In this document: positions 17,662-26,280 of the stretch, piece by piece
How positions within the stretch are numbered: position 1 is the stretch's first letter
How the letters are laid out: each line of letters starts with the position of its first letter
DNA from: Gemmatimonadota bacterium
Lineage (GTDB): Bacteria; Gemmatimonadota; Gemmatimonadetes; Gemmatimonadales; GWC2-71-9
Assembly (NCBI GenBank): GCA_031394255.1
Contig: JANMXA010000042.1
Coordinates: forward strand, 157,991-221,990
DNA: 64,000 bases
Direction of reading: 5' to 3'
Notes under the pieces: model-generated
Seen by the model: the letters and a program-made list of their open reading frames with translations, nothing else
Databases searched by the model: none
What the model was told of the DNA's origin: nothing
Translations under genes and position numbers: made by a program

Positions 17662-19049
17662 CCGGCATGCGAATTTCCGGACTCGATCCAGGTGCCGAAT
17701 CGGAACTGGCCGCCCTGTTCGGCGACCGGTTTACAACGGCCACGGCAATCCGGGATCATCACGCGCAAGGCGAGGCGTACCCGACCCCTCACCCCCCTGA
17801 CGCGGTTGTCTTCCCCAGAACGACCGATGAGGTCAGTCGGATCGCGGCCATCTGTACCAGGTATCGGACGCCGATGGTCGCCTGGGGAGCGGGCTCGTCC
17901 CTGGAGGGTCACATTGCGGCCGTTCGAGGGGGCGTGACGATCGATTTTTCGGAGATGAACCAGATCACCCGACTCTCGGCGGAGGATCTCGACGTCACCG
18001 TTGAGGCTGGGGTGACCCGCCGACAGCTCAATGACGCGCTCAAAGGTACCGGGCTAGCCTTCTTCATCGACCCGGGCGCCGACGCCACGCTGGGCGGCAT
18101 GGCCGCTACCCGGGCGTCGGGAACAACGGCAGTCCGTTACGGGACCATGCGGGAAAACATTCTCGGGCTCACGATTGTCCTGGCTGACGGACGGATCATT
18201 CGTACCGGCGGCCGGGCCCGGAAGTCATCCGCCGGGTATGACCTGACCCGTTTGTTCATCGGCTCGGAAGGCACCCTCGGCCTGATCACCGACGTCACGT
18301 TGCGATTGCACGGAATCCCGGCGGCCGTTGCGGCTGCGGTGTGCCAGTTCGCGTCGCTGGACGGAGCGGTGGACACGGTCATCTCCACCATCCAGCTCGG
18401 CGTTCCTGTGGCGCGGATCGAACTCCTCGATGAAGTGTTCATGGCGGCGCTCAACAAGTATGCCGGCCTGGACTATGCGCCGGTCCCGACCCTGTTCTTC
18501 GAGTTCCATGGCGGATCGGATGCCGGCGTCCGGGAGGATGCGGCCACCGTCAAGGAGCTTGCCGAGCAGAACGGGGGGTCCGCCTTCCAGTGGGCGACCG
18601 ATGAAACGGAGCGGGCCCGGCTGTGGAAGGCGAGGCATGAGGCGTACTTCGCCAGCCTCACGATCAGGCCCGGGGCTCGGTCGTGGATCACCGATGTCTG
18701 TGTGCCGATTTCCGGCCTGGCGGAGGCCATCCGGGCCGCCAAGCGGGACATCGCCGAATCGTTCATTCAAGGGGCGGTTCTGGGCCACGTCGGGGACGGG
18801 AACTTCCATGTCGGCTACCTCGTCGATCCGGCCAGCCCCGCGGAACTGACCGAAGCCAAGCGGCTCAATGACCGGATGGTGGATCGCGCCATCGCGGCGG
18901 GCGGGACCTGCACGGGCGAGCACGGAATCGGCCTCGGCAAGCAAGACTCGCTGCTCAAGGAACACGGCGAGGGCGTTCAGGTGATGCGCGACATCAAGCG
19001 GGCCCTCGATCCGGGGAACCTGCTGAATCCGGGGAAGATATTCCGCTAG
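17658..19049 (+). CDS. FAD-linked oxidase (GlcD / D-lactate or D-2-hydroxyacid dehydrogenase family)
   Basis: ATGA overlap. FAD_binding_4-type VVFPRTTDEVSRI...WGAGSSLEGH. C-terminal GTCTGEHGIGLGK...DPGNLLNPGK typical of the family. Confidence 0.9.
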   Translation: MTGMRISGLDPGAESELAALFGDRFTTATAIRDHHAQGEAYPTPHPPDAVVFPRTTDEVSRIAAICTRYRTPMVAWGAGSSLEGHIAAVRGGVTIDFSEMNQITRLSAEDLDVTVEAGVTRRQLNDALKGTGLAFFIDPGADATLGGMAATRASGTTAVRYGTMRENILGLTIVLADGRIIRTGGRARKSSAGYDLTRLFIGSEGTLGLITDVTLRLHGIPAAVAAAVCQFASLDGAVDTVISTIQLGVPVARIELLDEVFMAALNKYAGLDYAPVPTLFFEFHGGSDAGVREDAATVKELAEQNGGSAFQWATDETERARLWKARHEAYFASLTIRPGARSWITDVCVPISGLAEAIRAAKRDIAESFIQGAVLGHVGDGNFHVGYLVDPASPAELTEAKRLNDRMVDRAIAAGGTCTGEHGIGLGKQDSLLKEHGEGVQVMRDIKRALDPGNLLNPGKIFR

Positions 19050-19107
19050 CCACCATCGAAGGACCGTGTATGCGTGTTGACCGGCCTGACCCCGCGGACC
19101 GTCGCCG

Positions 19108-20250
19108 ATGATCTGGCTGGCTGGGGCGCTGCTGGCGGTCACCGTGCTGCTTGGGTTGGAAAGCCTGATTGGCGGTGCCCGCATCCGTCGGCTGGATGAT
19201 TGTCCGCGGGTCGATCGTGTCGGGGCACGGCCAGTGTCGATCATCGTTGCGGCGCGAGACGAGGCGGCCCACATCGAAGCGGCGGTCGCCACGATGTTGC
19301 GGCAGGACTATCCTGATTTCGAGCTGGTGGTAGTGGATGACCGCTCCACGGACGATACCGGCGGCATTCTCGACCGGATGGCGACCGCCGAGCCACGGTT
19401 GGCCGTCGTGCATGTTCGCGAGCTGCCGCCTGGCTGGCTCGGCAAGAATCACGCGTTGCAGGCGGGCGCCGTCCGGGCCCGTGGCGCCTATCTCCTGTTT
19501 GCCGACGCGGATGTCCACATGGCGCCGGACGCGCTGAGTCGAGCCGTCGGGCGTTGCGAGGCCGCGGGGATCGATCATCTGGCTGTGGGGCCGGACCTGA
19601 TCATGCCCGGGGCTCTGCTCCAGGCATTCGGCGTCTTCTTCCTGTATTCGTTTCTCGCCTTTACCAAGCCCTGGAAGGCCAGTGACCCGGACAGTTGGTT
19701 CTTCGTCGGCATCGGCGCGTTCAACCTGGTGCGGCGCGAGGCGTACTGGGGCGTCGAAGGCCACGAACGGGTCCGCCTCCGCCCCGACGATGATCTCAAG
19801 CTGGGCAAGGTCCTCAAGCGGGCGGGATATCGTCAAGAAGCCGCCAATGGTTCCGGCCTGCTCTCGGTTGCCTGGTACCATTCGCTTGGCGAAATGGTCC
19901 GGGGGCTCGAAAAGAACATGTTTGCCGGGGTCGACTACAGCATCCTCCTTTCGCTGACGGGAGGAATGCTGCAACTTGTCCTTGGCGTGCTGCCGATCAT
20001 CGGTGTGTTTGCCGTGACCGGGCCGACGCGAGTCCTCCTAGCCGCTCAGGTCGCGGCCGGCATCCTCACGATGGCCGTCAACGCAAAGGCGCTTGGATTG
20101 CCGGTGCGAGTGGCCCTGTTGACCCCCATCGTTGTCGGGCTGTTCGTGTTCATTCTGTGGCGCACCATGGTCCTCAATCTGGTTCAAGGGGGGATCCGCT
20201 GGCGCGGCACGTTCTATTCTCTTCGTGAACTCAAGGCCAATCGAGTATGA
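19108..20250 (+). CDS. Membrane-bound family 2 glycosyltransferase (CrtQ/HpnI-like architecture)
   Basis: VSIIVAARDEAAHI, VVVDDRSTDDT, GWLGKNHAL, FADADV (DxD), plus an N-terminal TM and C-terminal TM helices. Confidence 0.85.
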   Translation: MIWLAGALLAVTVLLGLESLIGGARIRRLDDCPRVDRVGARPVSIIVAARDEAAHIEAAVATMLRQDYPDFELVVVDDRSTDDTGGILDRMATAEPRLAVVHVRELPPGWLGKNHALQAGAVRARGAYLLFADADVHMAPDALSRAVGRCEAAGIDHLAVGPDLIMPGALLQAFGVFFLYSFLAFTKPWKASDPDSWFFVGIGAFNLVRREAYWGVEGHERVRLRPDDDLKLGKVLKRAGYRQEAANGSGLLSVAWYHSLGEMVRGLEKNMFAGVDYSILLSLTGGMLQLVLGVLPIIGVFAVTGPTRVLLAAQVAAGILTMAVNAKALGLPVRVALLTPIVVGLFVFILWRTMVLNLVQGGIRWRGTFYSLRELKANRV

Positions 20251-22244
20251 AACGCATTGCGCTCCTGCTGCTGGTGCCGACCCTCGTGGCGGCTCAGGCC
20301 CCGGCCAAACGCCGGATCGTCCCGGGCGACCTCTACCGGATCAAGGATGTGGGGAGCCCGGTGCTGTCCCCCGATGGCCAGTGGGTCGCCTATACGCTCG
20401 GCACCGCGGATTCCGTCAAGGACAAGCGCGCCAGCGACCTGTTCATGGTGAGCTGGGACGGGGCCCGCACGATCCAACTGACATCGACGGCCGAAGACGA
20501 GTCGAGTCCCCGGTGGAGTCCGGACAATCGCTATCTGGGTTTCCTCAGTTCCCGCGGTGAGGACGAGAAGGGCGCCCAGCTGTGGCTCCTCGACCGGCAG
20601 GGTGGCGAGGCCCAGCGGGTAACCGAGTTCAAGAACGGCATCAGCGATTACGCCTGGGCGCCAGACGGCAAACGTCTCGTCTTCGTGATGATCGATCCGG
20701 ATCCCGATACCGTCAAAGCCGAGAAGCGGGCGCCCAAAGCGATCGAGATTGATCGCTGGGACTTCAAGCGGGACTATGTCGGCTACCTGACCCGCCGGCG
20801 AACCCACCTGTACCTGTTCGATCTTGCGACCCGGAAGCTCGAGCAGATCACCAACGGCGACTACGACGATGACGGGCCGGGCTGGTCGCCGGACGGCCGG
20901 ACCGTGGTGTTCGTGAGCAAACGCGCTCCCGGCAGCGATCGCAGCGACAATGCCGATGTGTACACCATCGACGCCCGGGTTGGGGCTGCGCCGAAACAGA
21001 TCACGACATTCGCGGGCAGCGATGGTGGCCGGGGCAACGGCCGTCCCAGCTTCAGTCCGGATGGCAAGTGGATCGCCTATCTCCGGTCCGGCGACCCCAA
21101 GTACTGGGCTTACAACAATCAGCGGCTGGCGGTCGTGCCTGCCGAAGGTGGCGAAGCCCGGGTGCTGACGGAGGCCCTCGACCGTCCGGTGTCGGAGCCG
21201 CATTGGTCAGCGGACGGGGCGTCGGTGTATTTCCTGTTCGATGACGATCGGACCGTCCCGTTGGGCCGTGCCACCATCGCCACGGGGGCCGTGGACCGGG
21301 TGCTCAAGGGGCCACGGGGATTGTCCGGGCTCTCGGTGGTTGGGGGGAAGATCGTGCTGATCGAAAGTACGGACGCGGCCCCCGGCGAGGTCGTGGCGCT
21401 CGACAACGCGTCGGTCCGGCGGCTCACCCATCACAACGACTCGCTGATGGCGTTGATCGACCTTGGACCGGTCCAGGACCTCGACTCGAAGAGCAAGGAT
21501 GGAACCACGGTCGGAAGCATGCTCTATCTGCCCCCCGACTATCGCCCCGGCCAGCGCGTGCCGCTGGCACTCCATATCCATGGCGGTCCGTTCGGCCAGG
21601 ACGGTCACGACTTCGACCTGATGCGGCGTGTATTCGCCGCACGCGGCTACGCGGTGCTGGCTCCGAACTATCGAGGCAGTTCGGGCCGAGGCGAAGGCTT
21701 CAGCCGGGCGATCTTCGGCGACTGGGGGAACAAGGAGGTCATGGACCTCATTGGTGCGGTCGACGAAGCCATTGCCCGCGGCATCGCCGATCCGGCTCGG
21801 CTCGTCCTTGGCGGCTGGAGCTACGGTGGCATTCTGACCGATTACATGATCGCCTCTGATCAGCGGTTCAAAGCGGGAGCGGCCGGCGCCGGCAGCGCGC
21901 TGCAGCTCTCGATGTACGGGCATGACATGTACATCTACCAGTACGAGCAGGAGCTCGGCCTCCCGTGGAAGAACCCGGAGGCCTGGCTCAAAGTGTCATA
22001 TCCATTCTTCAAGGCGGACCGGATTACTACGCCCACGCTCTTCATGGGCGGCGAACGTGACTTCAATGTTCCGATCATTGGATCCGAGCAGATGTACCAG
22101 GCGCTCAAGACGAACGGGATCGACACCAAACTCGTGGTGTACCCGGGGATGTTTCACGGGCCCAGTTTTCCCAGTCAGCGTGTCGACATCATGAACCGCT
22201 ACATCGGCTGGTGGGAACGGTACGTGAAGCCGATGATTCCGTGA
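20247..22244 (+). CDS. S9 family serine peptidase (prolyl oligopeptidase / acylaminoacyl-peptidase type) with an N-terminal beta-propeller
   Basis: ATGA overlap. Signal peptide MKRIALLLLVPTLVAAQA. Repeated SP(D/R)G..(V/I/L) propeller blades (e.g. SPDGQWVAY, SPDNRYLGF). Catalytic GGWSYGG, Asp/His region FMGGERDFNV ... YPGMFHG. Confidence 0.9.
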   Translation: MKRIALLLLVPTLVAAQAPAKRRIVPGDLYRIKDVGSPVLSPDGQWVAYTLGTADSVKDKRASDLFMVSWDGARTIQLTSTAEDESSPRWSPDNRYLGFLSSRGEDEKGAQLWLLDRQGGEAQRVTEFKNGISDYAWAPDGKRLVFVMIDPDPDTVKAEKRAPKAIEIDRWDFKRDYVGYLTRRRTHLYLFDLATRKLEQITNGDYDDDGPGWSPDGRTVVFVSKRAPGSDRSDNADVYTIDARVGAAPKQITTFAGSDGGRGNGRPSFSPDGKWIAYLRSGDPKYWAYNNQRLAVVPAEGGEARVLTEALDRPVSEPHWSADGASVYFLFDDDRTVPLGRATIATGAVDRVLKGPRGLSGLSVVGGKIVLIESTDAAPGEVVALDNASVRRLTHHNDSLMALIDLGPVQDLDSKSKDGTTVGSMLYLPPDYRPGQRVPLALHIHGGPFGQDGHDFDLMRRVFAARGYAVLAPNYRGSSGRGEGFSRAIFGDWGNKEVMDLIGAVDEAIARGIADPARLVLGGWSYGGILTDYMIASDQRFKAGAAGAGSALQLSMYGHDMYIYQYEQELGLPWKNPEAWLKVSYPFFKADRITTPTLFMGGERDFNVPIIGSEQMYQALKTNGIDTKLVVYPGMFHGPSFPSQRVDIMNRYIGWWERYVKPMIP

Positions 22245-22250
22245 ACAAGA

Positions 22251-23177
22251 TCAGTCGGACAGGTGACTCCGTATGCCGCTCAGCGAGTCGACTTGAGTAA
22301 AGCCGAACCGGTTGATCAATCCGGTAAGTTGGCGGGCGCCTTCTCCCCCGACCAGGACTGGGATCCTTGCGCCGAGCCCGGAGGCCAACGAGGTGAATTC
22401 GCGTTCCGTCGCGGCTTCATCGATCGGGAAGACGATACTCAGGCCGATCGCCCTGGCGTGAAGCTGGGTGGCGGCTACCGCGATCTCATCTCCGGGCAAG
22501 TCAGAGCCGAGATAGATGGTCCTCCAGCCGGCAGCAGCAGCAGCGGCGGCGGCGAGCATGGCCCCCAGTTCATGGTGCTGGCCGGATGTCGTGGCGGCCA
22601 CGAACACGGGGGCCGTCGGCTCGCTCGGCAGCCCCGCGAGCAAACCGCTCATGACCTGGCGCACCGTGACTGTCGTGAGATGTTCCTGGACGATTCGAAG
22701 CCGGCCCTGGTGCCACCGCTCACCCACTTCCTTCACCAGTGGCGCGACCACCGATTCGGCAAAGGGAACCGGGCCGAGCAACACCGCGGCGCGCCGGAGC
22801 GCCAGGTCCAGCGCGGCGCCGTCCATCCAGTGAATCGCCTCAAGACAGCGGTTGACGGTTCGCTCGGCAGCACCCTCGGCGGGCGTCGTTTCGGTCGCAT
22901 CGGAGCGGAGGCCGACGGTTTCCTCGAGCAGGCCGGCGACATCGGCATCAGGGAGTTCGGAGAGGCGGCCGATCGAATGCCCGTGTAGGGTGGCCCGGCG
23001 GAGCAAAGCCAGGCGGCCGACGTCCGACTCGGAATACAGCCGTTGGCCGCCTTTGGTCCGGGCGGGCGCAACTACTCCGTAGCGCCGCTCCCAGGCCCGC
23101 AGCAACTCGGCCGACAAGCCGGTTCGTTTCAGGACGATCCGAACCGGGAAAATCGGAGTGTTGGTGTCCGTCGCCAT
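22251..23177 (-). CDS. MerR-family HTH fused to a cobalamin-binding domain (CarH/LitR-like light- or B12-responsive regulator)
   Basis: ORF 22251..23600 trimmed to MATDTNTPIFPVRIVLKRTGLSAELLRAWERRYGVV (MerR HTH, ...LYSESDVGRLALLRRA). C-terminal Rossmann B12 motif VFVAATTSGQHHELGAML (His-x-x-Gly lower-ligand signature). Confidence 0.85.
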   Translation of the reverse strand: MATDTNTPIFPVRIVLKRTGLSAELLRAWERRYGVVAPARTKGGQRLYSESDVGRLALLRRATLHGHSIGRLSELPDADVAGLLEETVGLRSDATETTPAEGAAERTVNRCLEAIHWMDGAALDLALRRAAVLLGPVPFAESVVAPLVKEVGERWHQGRLRIVQEHLTTVTVRQVMSGLLAGLPSEPTAPVFVAATTSGQHHELGAMLAAAAAAAAGWRTIYLGSDLPGDEIAVAATQLHARAIGLSIVFPIDEAATEREFTSLASGLGARIPVLVGGEGARQLTGLINRFGFTQVDSLSGIRSHLSD

Positions 23178-23182
23178 GCCAC

Positions 23183-23249
23183 ACAATACCACTCTGTACG
23201 GTTTTTGTAAAGTAAATGGCCAGTTACTAACCGAACACAACCGGTACAG
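23183..23249 (-). promoter_or_regulatory. Candidate near-leaderless promoter and flanking inverted repeat upstream of the CarH-like gene
   Basis: Minus strand: TTTACA (23211-23206), 17 nt, TATTGT (23188-23183), with the ATG only 5 nt after the -10. AACCGGTACAG (23239-23249) and CTGTACGGTT (23194-23203) form a 10/11 inverted repeat bracketing the -35. Confidence 0.35.
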
Positions 23250-23299
23250 TTGGCTCAGGAATGTCCTGGCGTCTCGAATCGGAGTCCGGCAGCGATGGA

Positions 23300-24643
23300 C
23301 TACGTGTGGAATGGCGTATCGGGTTGCGGGAACGGCCATCGGCGGCCGGTGTCGAGCGCATCGAGTTGAAGGAGGAAGATGCCCACGCCGGCGGCGCCCT
23401 GCATGAAGCCGGTTTGCGCGACGAGATTCGCGGGCTCGGTTCGGTTTTCGGCCTGAATCCACCGAAGGCCGGTTTCGTCGCGAGTGGCGCGTTCCATGGT
23501 GTTCGTCACGATGCGCTGACGCATCGCGGCCGCCGCCGAGGTCCGATGATATCGAGCAAGATCGATGGTGTACTGGCCGATACCGACGTTGCCGCAGCAC
23601 TGGCTGATGTTATTCCAGTACCCATCAGTCCGCTGCTCGGGAACCCCGGCAGTGAAGACGCCCTGGGTCAAGGAGTCCACCCAGTCCGACCATCGCCGTT
23701 CCCCGGTGATCTGGTGCAGGCGGTAGAACAGTCGCGCGGTGCCGACGGGGCCGTGGCACCAACTCAGGTAGAAACGGTTTTCGCCGCCACCGCTCTGGTG
23801 AAAGATCGTGGTGGCTCCATCCCGCCGGGTTGCGATCGCGTCGAGATAATGGGCGGCCTTGAGGGCGCCTTCAAGAAACCGCTGGTCGCCCGAGTCCTGG
23901 TAGAGCGTGGCGAGGAAGTAGCCGACCCCGGCCGTTCCGTGGGAGAAATTCGGATAGTTCCGCCGAAATGACGCCGCCGGGAACCACATCAAGCCGCCCT
24001 CAGCCGGCTCGCCGGTAGCCAGGAGCCGCTCACCCACCTTGACGGCCTGATTGACGAGCTCGCGGTCCTTCCATTCGCGGGCAGCGGCCAAGAGAAAGAG
24101 TCCGGTCCCGGCCATTCCGCTGATGATGTCGTTCGACTCACCGATCGCCCCGCGCCGCCCGATTTGCTTGGTGGCCTGGCGGGCCGCCGCCGCGTATTTG
24201 GCCCCTCCGCCTGCCTTTGCCACCGCGAGCAACGTATGGCCGAGGCCCCCGAGGCCGGTGTAGAGGCCGTTGTCGAGCGCCTCGGGTTTGGCCGTCGTCT
24301 GCCCGATGAGGTGGTCGGCTCCGGACCGGGCCGCGGTGAGCCAGCGGGCGTCACGCGTGGCGGCATGGAGCGCGGCCAGGAAGAAGACGACGCCAGGCAT
24401 GCCATTGTAGAAGTCGAGTCCCACCGAGGCGGGCTTCGCGGGATCGGCCGGCCAGCGAGTTCCGCCGTCGCCCGATTGGGCGCTTTGGCCGATCCATCGG
24501 GCCACGGCCAGGGCTTCCGCCAGGAACGGTCGCGGGGCGGAGTCGGCGCGCCGGAGGATGGGGGACAGCCAGTCACTCGGCAGGCCGACGGCGGCCGCGG
24601 CGAGTGCGGTTTGGGACATCCAGGTCCGGCGATCGATGGTCAT
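23300..24643 (-). CDS. Tat-signal-bearing lanthionine synthetase C-like (LanC-like) protein
   Basis: N-terminus MTIDRRTWMSQTALAAAAVGLP (RR motif). Repeated G.AG alpha-toroid motifs: GMPGVVFFL, GLGGLGHTL, GMAGTGLFLL, SHGTAGVGYFL, WCHGPVGTARLF, CCGNVGIGQY, GAAGVGIFLL. Confidence 0.85.
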   Translation of the reverse strand: MTIDRRTWMSQTALAAAAVGLPSDWLSPILRRADSAPRPFLAEALAVARWIGQSAQSGDGGTRWPADPAKPASVGLDFYNGMPGVVFFLAALHAATRDARWLTAARSGADHLIGQTTAKPEALDNGLYTGLGGLGHTLLAVAKAGGGAKYAAAARQATKQIGRRGAIGESNDIISGMAGTGLFLLAAAREWKDRELVNQAVKVGERLLATGEPAEGGLMWFPAASFRRNYPNFSHGTAGVGYFLATLYQDSGDQRFLEGALKAAHYLDAIATRRDGATTIFHQSGGGENRFYLSWCHGPVGTARLFYRLHQITGERRWSDWVDSLTQGVFTAGVPEQRTDGYWNNISQCCGNVGIGQYTIDLARYHRTSAAAAMRQRIVTNTMERATRDETGLRWIQAENRTEPANLVAQTGFMQGAAGVGIFLLQLDALDTGRRWPFPQPDTPFHT

Positions 24644-26280
24644 CGCAGCGCTCCGCGATAGCCGGGGCCCCGAATTACCCGGCCCGGTTTGGCGCCGGTG
24701 TACTTGCCGTTCTCGAACACGGCCACGCCATTCACGAAGACCACGTCAATGCCGGTCGAGAGCGTTGCGGGTGTGGCGAAGGTCGCCCGGTCCTGGACGG
24801 CCGCCGGATCGAGAATGACCAGATCCGCCGCCAGTCCCGGCGCGATCCGCCCGCGGTCGTAGGCCATGATCTCGTTGGCCGCGACGGCACTCATCCGGTG
24901 GATCGCCCCCTCGAGGCTCAGGGCGCCGAGGTCGCGAACATATCGGGCCAGCACGCGGGGGAAGGCGCCGTATCCCCGTGGATGGACGGCGAAACCGGTG
25001 GCGGCGGGGCCGGCATCCGTGTCGAACGACGTGAACTCCTCTCGCATCGCCTTGATCTTGTTCGCTTCCGACATGCTCTGGGGCATTGCAAATGCTTCGG
25101 TCTGGGCGATGGCGAAGAAGACCACCCAGGGGTCCTGGCCGACGCCGCGGGCGATGGCGCCGACCGATTGGCCGTTGTACGCCTGATACGCCGGCAAGGT
25201 CAGACCGGCGACGACCACGCGATCCCAGTTCTTGCCAACGTGGGCGAACCAGTTTTCCCACCCGTCGGTTGTTTCCATATCCCGGCGTATCTCCGCCTGG
25301 ATCGCCGGGTTGGCGAGCTTCTTCATCAGCGCGTCCTGGCCTTCGGCTGCATGCCTGGGATGCAACAAAGCCCGGATGCCAAGACCGTTGTTGATGTAGG
25401 GGTAGACATCGACCCCAACCTGCTGGCCGTCGGCGCGGGCGGCGCGAATTCGGGCGAGGGCCTGGTCCATCTTGCCCCAGTTCGCCTGGCCGGCGGTCTT
25501 CAGGTGATAAATATGGACCGGGGTCCCCGCAGCCTTGCCGATGCGGAGCGCCTCGTCGATGGCTTCGAGCAGGCGGTCGCCCTCGTTGCGCATATGGGTG
25601 AAGTAGCGACCGCCGTACTCGCCGGCCACGCGGGTCAACTCGGTGATCTCCGCTTCGGAGCCGTAGATCGCCGGCGGGTAGATCAACGAGGTGGAGACGC
25701 CGATGGCGCCGGCCTCCATCGCTTCGCGGACCATCGCCCGCATCCGGTCGAGTTCCTCCGGGGTGGCCTGGCGATCGGTGTCGCCGATTACCAGTTGCCG
25801 GATCTGGGTGTGCCCGACCGTCTGAGCCATGTTCATGGGCATGCCGGTCTGGTCGAGCCTGGTCAGGAACTCCCGCATCGTCCGCCATCCGCGGCGCGTG
25901 CCCTGGGCTTCGTCGAGCGGTGCGTCGCTTTCGCCCTCGCCCGCATTGATCGTGGTGATGCCCTGCGAGATCAGATTGAGGGCGTTGGCCGGATCAAGCA
26001 GGAATGGGGCTGCCGTCTGGCCCATCATGTCGATGAACCCAGGGGTGACGGTCCTCCCGGTGGCGTCGACCGTTTTGCGGCCGAGTGCCGGCGCGATCCG
26101 ACCGATTGCCGCGATCCGGCCGTCGAGGATGCCGATGTCCCCCCAATACCACGGGGCCCCGGTGCCATCGACGATCCGGCCCCCGTGAATGACGACATCG
26201 TACCGGGGCGCCTGGGCCGGTACGGCCGATGGCGTGCCCAGGAGTCCGAGGGCCAGCAGCCACTTCGTCTTCAGTTCCAT
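24640..26280 (-). CDS. N-acyl-D-amino-acid deacylase (D-aminoacylase) family amidohydrolase, secreted
   Basis: Signal peptide MELKTKWLLALGLLGTPSAVPAQA. YDVVIHGGRIVDGTG...PGFIDMMGQT...TTINAGEG. C-terminal ADLVILDP...ATF..P. 4-nt overlap with the LanC-like gene. Confidence 0.88.
   Translation of the reverse strand: MELKTKWLLALGLLGTPSAVPAQAPRYDVVIHGGRIVDGTGAPWYWGDIGILDGRIAAIGRIAPALGRKTVDATGRTVTPGFIDMMGQTAAPFLLDPANALNLISQGITTINAGEGESDAPLDEAQGTRRGWRTMREFLTRLDQTGMPMNMAQTVGHTQIRQLVIGDTDRQATPEELDRMRAMVREAMEAGAIGVSTSLIYPPAIYGSEAEITELTRVAGEYGGRYFTHMRNEGDRLLEAIDEALRIGKAAGTPVHIYHLKTAGQANWGKMDQALARIRAARADGQQVGVDVYPYINNGLGIRALLHPRHAAEGQDALMKKLANPAIQAEIRRDMETTDGWENWFAHVGKNWDRVVVAGLTLPAYQAYNGQSVGAIARGVGQDPWVVFFAIAQTEAFAMPQSMSEANKIKAMREEFTSFDTDAGPAATGFAVHPRGYGAFPRVLARYVRDLGALSLEGAIHRMSAVAANEIMAYDRGRIAPGLAADLVILDPAAVQDRATFATPATLSTGIDVVFVNGVAVFENGKYTGAKPGRVIRGPGYRGALR

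Noticed and set aside
22529-22553. GCN trinucleotide run (GCAGCAGCAGCAGCGGCGGCGGC).
   Set aside because: It encodes an in-frame Ala8 stretch (MLAAAAAAAAGW) within a helix of the B12-binding domain. It is probably just alanine-rich coding sequence, though slippage-prone.
22251-23600. Long N-terminal extensions in the ORF track, e.g. 22251..23600, 52258..53619, 3794..5407, 27106..28155, 29263..30597, 35990..36967, 40318..41661.
   Set aside because: The extensions are compositionally non-coding and overlap neighbouring genes or promoters. They precede internal starts that carry RBS-like sequences and native N-termini (signal peptides or HTH). The coordinates were trimmed accordingly, so start sites remain predictions.
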